Below, piece by piece: positions 48,236-60,100 of a stretch of 64,000 nucleotides of DNA; within the stretch, counting starts at the first letter, position 1, and every line of letters begins with the position of its first letter. The stretch spans positions 1 through 64,000 of the forward strand of contig JAAILG010000237.1 of the NCBI GenBank assembly GCA_012026655.1. The letters run 5' to 3'. Under the pieces are notes generated by a model, which saw nothing but the letters and a program-made list of their open reading frames with translations, searched no databases and was not told the origin of the DNA. The position numbers and the translations under genes are program-made. The DNA comes from Hydrolagus affinis (taxonomy: Eukaryota).

Positions 48236-48827
48236 TACTAACTTTTTGGGGAGCCCAGATGTTAGATGTTAAGATTAATTCTAGATGTGAAATTGTTTAC
48301 AAAACTTGAAGATATCTATATATTACAAATAAAGGTAGCCAATTAATGGATTTTACAGCTGCAACTGGTTCTGTGAATCATTTTATCATTACTTGCTTTT
48401 TTGAGCAGTATGAAATAAATTTTTTAAATTTCAAGGAACTAAGACTAATTTTACTGTGTATATATGTGGGAAATTAAGTGATTTGGCTGTTGTCACCTGT
48501 ACAGGATAAGGCAGCATGTTATAGCAGAACTTTTAGAACTGATGCATGCAGTTTTCAGCTTTGGGATAAGCCCATGAAATATTGTACACCCAAGGGAAAA
48601 GAATACAAGTCAAGAATCAATATTTTAAAGGAAATTAATTTGTGACCAGTTTACTACAGCCACCAACAATTAGTTAATATGGTTCACTACGAACTCTGCC
48701 ACTGGAGTTAAAAAGTTAACATTCCAATTTCACTTAATATCACTATGTAATTTTTGCAAAGTGTATGCAAATATGATCAGGTTCCCAAATGCTGAACAAA
48801 AATTACATAAATAAGTCATTTGAATGC

Positions 48828-48833
48828 TTTATT
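48828..48833 (-). terminator. Candidate FBXO33 poly(A) signal
   Basis: TTTATT on plus strand = AATAAA on minus, ~1.07 kb after the FBXO33 stop codon. Confidence 0.45.
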
Positions 48834-49750
48834 GATAGATTGAAACAATCACCAGTCAACACAAACTTTAAACATTAATTTAAACAAACATTCAACTGCT
48901 TTCCTCACATTTTCTGTCAGTATTTCATATGATCTCATTCACTGATAAAATCTCACCACATCTGGCATCTTCATACACTGCACCAGTGGATCCACTCTAC
49001 AGATGTACATATAATATCCGCATGGTAAGTGCATTAATCACTGGAGACACGCAACAATGCACACCTGTCAAAACGCATCATCTTTAACACAAGATGGTAA
49101 AACCGTTTGAAATCACGCATTCTTTCTTCATAAATACAATTTTGACATAGGTTGCATACAGTAAATTTGTTTTACAAGCTTATACAAAGCAGCCAGGTCA
49201 CAGCACTGCTGAGCAGCATGATGGCCACACTGAGTAATACTGGCTGTCCTTTACATTAAATGCACAACATTCGTACCACTTAAAACTAGGGTCAGGTGCT
49301 AGTCTCACAGAGACCACGACTGTACCCGCGGTTTGCCCTGAACATTGCGGCTTTTAAAGCCTCTTGCTTTAACAAGATTTTAAAAGTAAATCCTAGTGGA
49401 ATGTTCTCAAAATCATAGCAGCAGCTCATAGCTTTGTTGGAAATGATTTTTTTGTTGTATTCACTATTCAGTGAACCAGGTGCACGTTCATTTAAGAGCT
49501 GTAACATTGTTGACTGAGTCACAGCACAGCTGTGTACCACAGGTCGAAAGTCAACCTTATAAACTAGTGGGTTCTGGCTGACCAGCCATTGGCCTGCCCC
49601 TGCCAGCATGTGGGCACTTCTTCATTCTGTTATCTTTGGCAGTTGACACAGGCGCTGACAGAGAAAATCCAGTGACTCTTGCCACATCTACTTCTAAACC
49701 AATACCAACTACATTTACAGAATAAGCAGGATACATATAAATATAACTAA

Positions 49751-49859
49751 TACTAATTAAACAGCACATGTAATGGTTAACTCATTACTAATTTAACAGC
49801 ACGTGTAAAGGTTAACTCATTACTAATTTAACTGCACATGTGAAGGTTAACTCATTACT
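49751..49859. repeat. 3 x 35-bp tandem repeat in the FBXO33 3' UTR
   Basis: Units tactaatt(t/a)aac(a/t)gcac(a/g)tgt..ggttaactcat at 49751, 49786, 49821. Confidence 0.95.
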
Positions 49860-49903
49860 GAAAAAATGCAGAGCTCCCTAATACACAAGACATTTTTGAA
49901 ATG

Positions 49904-52900
49904 CTAAATGCCTTCACTGAAGCGCTGCATCTCCTTATGAAAGTAAAGAGTAGTCTCACTGAAAACAAAAAGGGGTTCATTATTCATCACTGGGTGCCAC
50001 TGCTTTCCCAAACCCAAGGATACTTCTTCAATGAGCGTATCCACAGGATCACCATCTAGCTCAGGCATCACACCTTGATCAAAATTAATGCTTTCCTCTG
50101 TGACTTCCAGGACTCGCAGCCTACGTCCACGAAGTCGAGCTATAGCGATGAGGTTGTGGGCCCATGCTATGTATCCTAGGTTGGCAATGAGAAAAAACAC
50201 ACATTACTAACAAGAATATTGTGAGAGTATATAAATGTCTACAGCAATCCTTATCACACATATTAAGCAGATTCTCATCTGCCAAAATTTAGAAAAACTG
50301 ATAAAAATCAATTTGCAAGACAAATACAACAGCAGCAGCAGTTAGTTCCACGTCTCTGCATGAAAAGTGGTCCAGAGTAATGGGACCAGTTTTATGTCAG
50401 AGGATAGTGCACAAAACAGTATAAAAAGCTAAAATAAGCTTCTTACATAGGCAAATGTTATGCAAAATAATGATGGGAGGGCAGAAATTGAGGTTTGGTA
50501 AACAATAGTGAGCCAAACATTACCCAGGCATGCAAAAAAAATTATAGCAGCAAATTATATATTTAACTGACAAAAATACAATATTGTATATTACAATTCC
50601 ATTAGACTTTCAAGACCTCCTCTAACCAACTTTTCATTCAATCAAAAAAAATCTGGTTTCCAAGCTTCCCTTCTAAATTGTTAAATATTAGGACAATATG
50701 TATTGGCCGCTATATTCTGTTACAGCACTTAAGCGTGTATAAATTTAAGACTTTTTAATAATTAATGTGATTAATTTCCAGTTTAGAAATACAAACTTCA
50801 CACAGTCAAAATAGTAGTGTAGATTCACCACTTACCATGAATTGAAAGGTGACAGAGCTTCTTACACTTCCATGCTAGAAGAACCAAGGGATCTTCATTT
50901 CGGTTGGAACCCAGGTCTGGAAAGCCTTGCTCAACATCCTTTATTAGGAGGAGGTGGGTGAGAGACTTTGCATACTGGCTAGCTAGGAGATCTACCACAG
51001 CTCCTGAAATATCATTAGTAGAGCTATCAAAATGAATTCTCTCTAAAGGTATGCTGGGCTTCAGAATTCTTAGCAGAATGTCATTCCTGACATTAAAAGC
51101 CATGATGTAAACATGAAGGTTTGCACAGTGCCTGGTAAGCATCTTCCAATCTGCATCCTGGGGCACATTATCTAACAAGTGGGTGTTGGACGTTGAGAGA
51201 TGGTGAACCACAAGAGACAACCTATGCAAAGGAACATGGTTGCTGTTGGCGAGTACTCTTGTTACTTCAGCAGTGAAATCACAGAAATCCAATGCAAGTG
51301 ATCGCAGATTCAGAAAGCGCTCCAGCTCAATTGCTTCAATAACTGGGGTTTTATTAATATCCAGAAGACTCAAATGTTCAATACAGTTGGCACTGGACTG
51401 CGGCAAGGCTGCTAGTGTTGTGGGGGTTAATATCTCCAGCATAAAACCGAGAGAGAGCCATTTTAGATGTTTGGAATTTCCCAATATTTCTTCAATCAGT
51501 TGTTGGATCCTGTAATAAAGAACAAAGCATTAAAAATGCCACATTTTTAAACAGTGGCAGTTCGGATCTGTTAATAGAATCCCAACAATTGTACTCTCAA
51601 AACAGGCAGCTTGGGATAGAAGTTACTTTAAAGCATGAAGCAATCCTAAATGGCTGAGATAGTTAATACAAGTAAAACAATGAGGCTCAGAAAAAAATTG
51701 TCCTATAATTAAATAATCCATTATAAATAAACACTTCAACATTCACTGCTTCCATTTTCACAAATTCCTTCTCATCTCTGGTCATATAAAATACAAATGA
51801 CATTCAGATCCCTAGAATCCCAGTAATTACGAGTACTGTAATTCAGAAGGGAAATGGCGAGTGTTCATTAAACACGTTACAAGAATTGGGACAAACATGT
51901 TATCAAAAGATAAGTCACTACAATGTTCATTAATTAAAGATAAAGGAAGTAAAACTTCGAGGCCAGTTCCAGATTTAAAACAGCATTTTTTAAGATAAAA
52001 ACTTGGTTGAAGGAACAAGCAGCTGAAGTTTGCCTGCTCCTTTTCGATCATGCCTTCTGCCACTCCCCCACCTCTCTACCCCCACTACGCTACACTGCCT
52101 CTCCCCTGCTCGGGTCCCAACCCCTGACTGTTCAGCGCCTTGGGATATCCTCCCGAAGTGAAAGGCGCTCTATAAATGTAATTTTGTTTTGTTGATGCTC
52201 CTAACAATTTTCTCTCTTAGGGGAAATTCCTAACAACATACAACATCCTGCCAAAATAGAAATTACGACACTGCAGGTGCAAATTCCCATCGTACCATTC
52301 CATGGTACAACAAGTTGATACACAAATATACTGCAACAGGTTTTCCATATCTTTTATACGTTAGGTCATCTGTGATTCTAACATAACCTCTGCCCACAAT
52401 GAAGCTGAGCAAGAGGGCAGGCACTTAACTTCAGCAACAAACCCAAAATTGTTTTTGCTTTTAAAATCCTGCCTTGATGCACATGTGATGACTTTTTTTT
52501 TCAAGTTCACTGGCCAGCGTGAAACTAGGCCAATAAGGATGAAGTAGGCCTATGATGCAAATGTTAGGGTCCTATTGTGAACTTGGTGCTTTCTGTTAAT
52601 GAATGGAAATAAAAGTAAACAATGCTCCTGTCCACTAATAAGCAACACCTGTTATGATGTGAAACTAAGCTCACACATGAATAGGCAGTGGTGCAATCCA
52701 CTTGCAAAATAAGTCAGTACCACAGCAGAGTTGCAAGGAACAAGTTACGTACACTGTATTTAGCCACAGGAAGTTAGGTTCAGTTTCCCACACATCAAAA
52801 TTATTCTTTTTAAATTTCAGAATCCATATATATTTACTCTCCCCCCTGTCCTCAAACAACTTATAATCAACACTACTGATTCTTTCAAACCTATGAAAGT

Positions 52901-54536
52901 TATAACAATTACCAGTAAACAGGTACGTATTTCTCAAAAGTTTTTAATGCAAAATATATATTAGCATCTACATCAGTGCACTGTTAAGTCAGGAAGTTGC
53001 TTCTTAAACAAGCCACATCCTTCATTATTGTGGGTAGACCAAGCAGGGGCATTTTAAAAAAAAACATATATACTTTGTACTGCATGTTCTACATATTATA
53101 AACCCTAAAGTACACCATATTCTAGGAAATCTTACGTTTTAGAAGCGGACAAAAATTCCACTGGTACAAGACCTAGTTTTTTTTTAAAAAAACATGAATG
53201 CCCAGACTAGAAGAAATTATTGAAATCCCAAGAGGTGAAACTATATTCCACCCATTTTCCTGTTCAGTTTCCATAAGCGTGTAATACAAAACTATTTACA
53301 GTACAGTATTTAAAATCTAGTTTCACATTACATTGACATTCCAAAATGGAGAACTTTGCAAATACAGTACTCCAGTCTTCTAGAGAGGAAACTTTTCTGC
53401 ATCATTTGACAAGCGAGCTTCCCTTAGTTCCCTCAACAGCTGACCAAGTGACAATACCCCGAATACCCACAGGCCTCCGAGGTGTGCTTATTGTCTCAAA
53501 AAACACAGTAGATTAATACTTTTAAAAACGGTAACAAGGGTATTGAAAGCTACAAGAAAAACAGAAGTTGCTGGGAAAACTCAGCAGGTCAAGCAGCATC
53601 CATGGAGAAAGGAAAATGAGTCAACGTTTCGGGTCCACGACCTTTCGTCAGAACTGTTTTAAAAGCTATTTAAATATTAAAAGCTGCAATCGACGTACAA
53701 TTTGCAACACAAAAAAAGGGACTTTCAAAATGTAACCAGGATGCTTTTAGGTCCCACCATTACTGCTTTTCGGGGCCTGGTATTGTGATGAATTATTCCC
53801 CCCCAAAATCGCGTGAAATTGCACGGGGGGAAAATAACAGACGCCAAATGCATCCGAGGTATGATATCCGCTAGTCGAGCCAAGCTGTGGCTGCCCCACC
53901 AGGTAAAACTAGCCAAACAACCGTCCACTTTCTTGCCTTGGAGAGGTTTCTGTTGATACCTTTACTCTGGCGGATGATGTGAAATAACGAGATTGGGATG
54001 GGAGGTAGGGGGTTAACGTTAGAGGAGTTTACGGTTTAACTTTATGATACCTACTCGTGTGATTGTTTATCGTCCTGCTCCTGTAGGTACACGTCTCCGA
54101 ACACGCTCAGCCTCTGCAGATTGCGATTGCTCCTTACGCTTCTCAGGACACACAACACCTCGTCCATGTAGGTCTTCAGCGGCTCCGAGCCCAGGTCTCC
54201 TCCTCCATTACCACCACCACTACCACCACCGTCCCCCCCCGCCGCCGGCCCCAGCCCAAGCAGCGGGCTCTCCGAGCTCTCGAACTCCACGCGCAGTTCC
54301 CGCACGAACGAGCCGCACTTCTTCATGAGGAATTCGAGGCGGCAGCGCTCGCCGGCGCAGCCACGCAGCCGAAGCCTGAGCTCGGGCCACAGGGACGGGT
54401 AGAAGAGGCACTCCCGCCACTTGGTGCAGACGGACGAGGCTCGCAGCCTGTCCCAGGGCGATAGGAAAGAGAAGATGTGCACGATGACTTCGCACGGCAG
54501 CGCGACGGCCGGGGCCGGGCCCCCGCACAGAGCCAT
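49904..54536 (-). CDS. FBXO33: F-box only protein 33, 475 aa; exons 54536-54055, 51509-50836, 50175-49904
   Basis: MALCG start, F-box LPCEVIVHIFSFLSPWDRLRASSVCTKWRECLFYP, NLRSLALDFCDFT, NRNEDPLVLLAWKC, WAHNLIAIARLRG; phases 2/1 consistent. Confidence 0.95.
52005..52195 (+). mobile_element. L2 3' tail in FBXO33 intron 1
   Basis: ctgactgttcagcgccttgggatatcctcccgaagtgaaaggcgctctataaatgtaa. Confidence 0.75.
53553..53657 (-). mobile_element. Penelope-like element terminal fragment carrying a minimal hammerhead motif
   Basis: Minus strand agttCTGACGAaaggtcgtggacccGAAACGTTgact followed by ggatgctgcttgacctgctgagttttcccagcaacttctg; a second inverted copy lies at 55173-55247. Confidence 0.65.
53619..53655 (-). 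ncRNA. Putative minimal type I hammerhead ribozyme
   Basis: CUGACGA and GAAA core boxes, stem II GGUC/GACC, stem I AGUU/GACU, palindromic ACGU stem III, GUU cleavage triplet. Confidence 0.55.
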
Positions 54537-54539
54537 CGA

Positions 54540-55100
54540 GGAGTCAGGGGAAGGTGAGGGCAAGGGATGCTTGACTTGGCTTGGGGAGGAGGGGTGAAAG
54601 GATGGCTCACTGCTCCCCGGGGAAAGGGTGGGGATGGGGGGGGGGAGGGAGGGGAACTCTCTCTGAGGCCTGCAGCCGCCTCAGCGTCGCCTTTTCATGG
54701 CTCCGCGCTCTGTCTTCTCTCTGCCTCTTGCTCCGGGTGGGGGTGGTGGTAGTGGTGGGGGAGGGGGGGGAGGGGGGAGGTGGCCTGGCACCGGAAGCGG
54801 CCTGGCCTGGCGGGTGGGCTGGGCGCACTGCTCCCCAGGGAGGGCCTCTCACCTAGACGGCCCAGCGCACAGACGCCTCCTACCGAACACACGCGCACCC
54901 TCTTCCTTTCCCCCCTCCCCCGGGAAGAGGGGGGAATAAAAACCCCGGCGGCGACGCCCCGCTGTCCAGCAGCGGGTTTTCCCCGGCGCTGCCCGCCGCC
55001 GCCTGTCACTCGCTATGGTCGGCGCCGCTGGCCCTTCACCCTCAGCGCCGTTAGAGCCGCTCGCGAGCTGTTTACAAACTGCAGGCTTCACGTGACTTCT
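54540..55100 (-). promoter_or_regulatory. FBXO33 CpG-island promoter/5' UTR with G-runs
   Basis: Very GC/CpG-rich, ETS CCGGAAG at ~54791, E-box CACGTG at ~55089, long G tracts on the plus strand. Confidence 0.65.
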
Positions 55101-55172
55101 TTTCCTGCCCCCCCCCCCTCTCACCTCCCCCTGGCTGAGCAGTGCAGATACATGCACTCAGGCTCACTTCAC

Positions 55173-55247
55173 GAAACGCTGACTCTTTTTCCCCGTCTCC
55201 GTGGATGCTGCCTGACCTGCTGAGTTGCCCCAGCAACTTCTGTTTTC
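55173..55247 (+). mobile_element. Second, inverted copy of the Penelope-like terminal fragment (lacks the CUGANGA box)
   Basis: gaaacgctgactc...ggatgctgcctgacctgctgagttgccccagcaacttctgttttc closely matches the reverse complement of 53556-53630. Confidence 0.65.
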
Positions 55248-55294
55248 TGTTTCACTTCATCCACACAGTCATCATATTATTGGTAAATCATAAC

Positions 55295-56820
55295 GATAAT
55301 AATCATTCCTGTAATATGATAGAGCAGCCTCATCACGTCATCGAGACGTCTCAAAGCGCTTCGCGGGGATACGCAGATTTCGCCCACGCAATACAATCAA
55401 CCCACTTTGCAATACTGTATATTCTGTAAAGCGCTTTAAGCGCTCTGAGACGCCATCCGGCACGGAGGGCGCTATATAAATCGAAGTTGTTGTTGTTAAG
55501 ATGTTTCAACGACATGATAAGGCACTATATAAACTGCAAGGATAATGATTATTAGTGCTGAATATACGGTCCTGCTCATAATTCTTATGTTTTTATATTC
55601 TGCGAAGCGCTTTGAGGTGTCAGCGCCTTGGGACGTCCTCCTGACGTGAAACACTCTATTCAAGTGTAATTTTGTTGTTGTTGTTGTCTAGAAGACATGA
55701 AAGGCGCTTTGTCAGCTGGAAAAATTATTATTATTACTGGAAAGTGGATTGACTTGGCTATTTTGTGGGCAAAAATGCGGTAGTCACTTGATGCACTACA
55801 ATGTCCCACAAACAGCCATGGAGTGAGCGACCAATTTTATTAGGCCCCCAAATCGTTGACAAGCACATCAGAAGAGATTCCCTTCTCTTTTCAAATAGTG
55901 CCATGGGAACTTTAATATCTACCTAAACAGGCAGATGATGTCTTTTCTGAAGGACAGCACCACCGATAATGTAGTGCACCCCCAGGACAGGATTGGATTT
56001 GGTCACCTTTCTACCCCTGCCCCTGGCTCGGTCCACTATTGTGAAGCACTCTGAGACACCGTCCGGTGTGGAGGGCACTATATAAATCAAAGTTGTTGTT
56101 GGATTGTCAGCTGTTTGTAGCAAGAGTGCCATCAACCTGCTTCAATATGCAGTGACCTTTAATGTACATCGACCTTTACCTCAAGTTGAAGAACATTCTA
56201 CTTTGAGCTGAATGGCAATGTATATTGAAAAACATCACTATTTTGAGTCAAATATCAATGTACATTGAGGGGAAAAATCGATCTAGATTAAAGAACGACA
56301 TCTACACTGAGACGATGATGCACCTTACAGCACAGCTCCGAGTAAATATGTTATCTGTATTTGTCCTCCACAATACACCTTCACGCTACTTTTCCTGACT
56401 CAGGAGCTCTAAGACCATTTGGAAAGCCCCAACGTTTAGCATGACCGAGTTTAGGTAACACGAATGATCCATTCATCTAATAACTTTCAAAAGGAAAATG
56501 AATAGATTGCAGTTCCCTTGGGTAGATGCCGGAAAAGAAAAACAGTTGCAATGATGTGGGGAAAGGGCGGGGCAGTGGGACGAACTGAATAGCTCTTTCA
56601 AAGAGCTGGCACAGGCATGATGAGCTGAATGGCCTCCTTCTGTGCTGTAGGATTCTTCAATCCACCAGAGTTTCTGGGGCACTGCTGTGCACAATTTGCA
56701 GTCACATTTCTCCCACAATTGTACAGTTCATTAACTTTTAACAGTGTATTCTGTGAAGTGCTTTGAGACGTCTAGAAGAAGTGAAAAGCGCTATATCAAA
56801 TGCAAGGATTATTATTACTA
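55295..56820. mobile_element. Dense cluster of SINE, L2 and CR1 tail fragments between the FBXO33 and FAM177A1 promoters
   Basis: SINE tails in both orientations (55295-55840), L2 tail variant at 55430-55497 and 56020-56100, CR1 tail 56560-56657 (agctctttcaaagagctggcacagg), SINE 56660-56818. Confidence 0.7.
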
Positions 56821-57125
56821 TTCTATCTTGGTCTCTTCCCAGTTTGCACCTTTCAGTGAATGAACCCGGAAATCGCCTACCCCACACCCCCCCCACCCCC
56901 CAAATTTGCTTGTAGTGCCGTGTGTACAGTGGAGTAGACGTGTGCACATCGCCTGTACTCTAGGCGACCAATCTTCATTGTTGATTGAGGCTGTGAATAG
57001 AGATGTGATTGCTTGGCTCTGTGTAAACTCCGGGAAGTGTTTTTGTTGGCCAGTGGTTGGCCGAGCTGTCATTTGCGCTGCGTTTTCAAGTCAGTGGAGG
57101 GCGGGCGGGGGAGGAATCGCAGGGA

Positions 57126-60100
57126 ATGGCGAAGAAGTTGCCTGGTCTCGCCCTGTACTTAGCTCACGGGAATGTCCTGACTCCTGGCAACATGGACTCG
57201 GAGAAGGTAAGGAGTGGGGTGAGGGTTGGGCTGGGAGGAGCGCCGTGCTCGGGTTGCTCGTTCAAATTAACAGCGAGGCTTATGTTGGCCGGTCGATCAG
57301 CTGTTGTCGCCTGTGACTGACCCTCGGGTACCCCGCGCCTTCAGGGGCAAGAGCCCGGGCCTGTCGTGTGATCAGCCTCCCCGAGGATCTGCCGTGTGAG
57401 GAGACAGGAGCCGGGCTGGAATTGCCAGCATTAAAACATCCGATAACAACGATAAGCGCAACTGGCATCTGATCAGATCAGCATCTGAGAGCCAAATCAT
57501 AATGATTACTACTGTATGTTTTAATATACAATTACTATAATAATATTGGCCCAGATTAGAGCCAGGGGTCATTGTTCCTGGCTCCTATTCTCGGTCATCT
57601 TCAGGGTCTGTGTGACGGGTTTAAATAAATGATGCCTAATAATAAATCATCCTTGTTGTAGCGCCTCATCAAGTCGTTGAGGCGTCTCAAAGCCCTTTAT
57701 AGACCATACTGTAAACCACAACAAATTACACTTGTAAACCACCCTTCATGTTGGAAAGACGTCCCAGGGAACTGGACAGTCACAGGTATTTTGGGCCCAA
57801 GGTGGGGTCAGGAGTGGTGGGGATGGGAAGGTGGCTGAAGGCACGTTTGAAGAGGAAATCCCTCCACTCCTCTGCACCCCTCTACCTCTCTGATCTCCTC
57901 TCTCCCCAAACCAGCACCCGCTGCCTTCGCTTCACCGGTTCTGGCCTCCTCCATGTCCCCCGAATCCTCCGCTCCACCCTCGGCGGAGAAACTCCCTCAC
58001 TCCCTTCGCCTCTCTTCCCAGTTTCAGATCACAGCTAAAGACCTTTCTCTTTGACCGCGCCTTTGGTCACCTTTCTACCCCTGCCCTGGCTCAGTCCCAG
58101 GATCCATTAATGTGAAGTGCTCTGAGACGCCCTCCGGCGTGGAGGGCGCTATATAAATCAAAGTTGTTGCTGTTGCTGAACAAGAGCTGGACAGATATGT
58201 TTTGTTCCGACTTCTTTCTCAGTTAACACCCAAATGTGTTTTTTAAGTGTCAGCACAGGTTAGATACAGGGTAGAGTTCTTTCTCTTTCCCCCTAAACAA
58301 ATCTTTGTTGCCCAGGAATTGAGTTGTGTGTGACGAACCACATTTAAGGTATTTCAAGATTAGGGAAAGAATAGACTTGAGCCATCTATCTGTATTTAAA
58401 CCAAACTTGTTCAAATCAAAGGGCAATATTATTTAATCCGTTACCCATTTTCTTCTCATGGCGATTGATTGTCTCCTTACTGAATGTCAAAACAGCGTAC
58501 TGCAGATCTTTCAACCTATTGTCATTTTGCTACTATGGAGCAGCAATTCGTGTTTCTAATCCCATTTCCTTAACTTTTAGCCATATCATTTTTAGTACCT
58601 GTAACTTCTAAAGTAACCCTACATGGAAATCTTGTCTACCCCCATTTGAAACTTCATTTGAGTCTGCATCTCTGGCTTTATGAGGTAATGAGCCTTGATG
58701 TGTGTTAACAATATTGTTATAATAATCCTTGTTATGAATCTGTGTGTGAAGTTACAGGCAACCGGAAAATCATTTGAGTGTGTGGAACTTGGAGACATGG
58801 GTACAAAAAAGCAAAAGGTTCCTCGGAAAATCATTCATTTTGCCAGCGGGGAAACAATGGAAGAATACAGTACAGATGAGGAGGAAGGGGAAATTGAAAA
58901 GAGAGACTTGACGCCTGCGATTGACACCGTAAGGGCAAAGTCCATCTAACTGACTTTTTTTTAAATTGTGGGAAATAAGAGTAGAAAAAAATGCTAGATT
59001 TTAATAATGATTAACTTTTCCCCCAGAGTCAGCTTACATGGGGACCTTACCTCTGGTTCTACATGCTGAGAGTTGCTACAGGAACATTATCAGGTATGCG
59101 AGTGAGTGATTGATTTGAACTGGATTAGTTTTTGTTGCCATATTGGTAACCCACAGCCATTGGACTTTGGAGCTTCTTACTTTGTAGAAGTCATAATTTC
59201 AACAGCTGATTGGTAACCCCAAACCATACTTCAATAGCTTGCAGATATATTTGGATATGGTAATTGAGAACAATTGTGGAGTTGTTTCCTATGATGAGTG
59301 TGTAGGTTCCAGATAAGGTTGAGTAGGGGCAGCGATAAGTGTATCTGCCTTATTCCTCAGTCATGTAGCTGAGGTTTGTTGCTTATATTGAAATGTTCAT
59401 TCCCTATATCATTTATATATGTTTTTGAAATATTCAAGTACAAAGTGTCTGAAGTCTTGTCTTTCTGATGAGATCTTATATCCAGCTCCTGTCTGGGATG
59501 CACCATCCCCAAATGAGATCCACAAATGGAAAAGGGAAAGGAGCTTCACTACATATTGGGCCTTGCTGTGTGTCAACTGGCTGGCGGATTTGCCTACAGA
59601 AACAATTGTGACAGTATTCTGCCATGAAGACGCTTTTAAGATGTTTAAATGTTATAGGTGCGCATGAGGTAGAAGGGATTGGAGGGAGTAGGGAGTGGGT
59701 GTAAATTCATCAACTAGCATGGGCTAGTTGAGCTAGTCTTGTACAATCTAAGTAAATTGTAGAATAAATCTTCACTGCATAGATTGTGATTATATATTCT
59801 TTATTATAGTGTGTGACTTCCTGGGAGAAAGGGTGGCTTCCTTGTTTGGTATAAATACACCAAAATACCAGTATGCTATAGATGAATACTACAGGATAAA
59901 AAAGGAGGTAGGTGAACTGCATGTTTGTGGTGGGGGGGAGAAACAGTGAACCCTGGAATGTATATATAAACTGAGCCGATTGCTGAATTCACAAAATTCT
60001 ATTGCAACCCTTATACAATAGAACTCTAAAAAGGAATGTTATTTATTTCTATGAAAGAAGTAATTCTATTGTGACCCCAGGGCAACCTCTTTATAACACT

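Noticed and set aside
49751-49859. CRISPR-like 35-bp repeats
   Set aside because: Direct tandem units without spacers in a vertebrate 3' UTR
54567-55223. Multiple overlapping GC-rich ORFs
   Set aside because: Expected stop-codon depletion in a CpG island; no recognisable protein similarity
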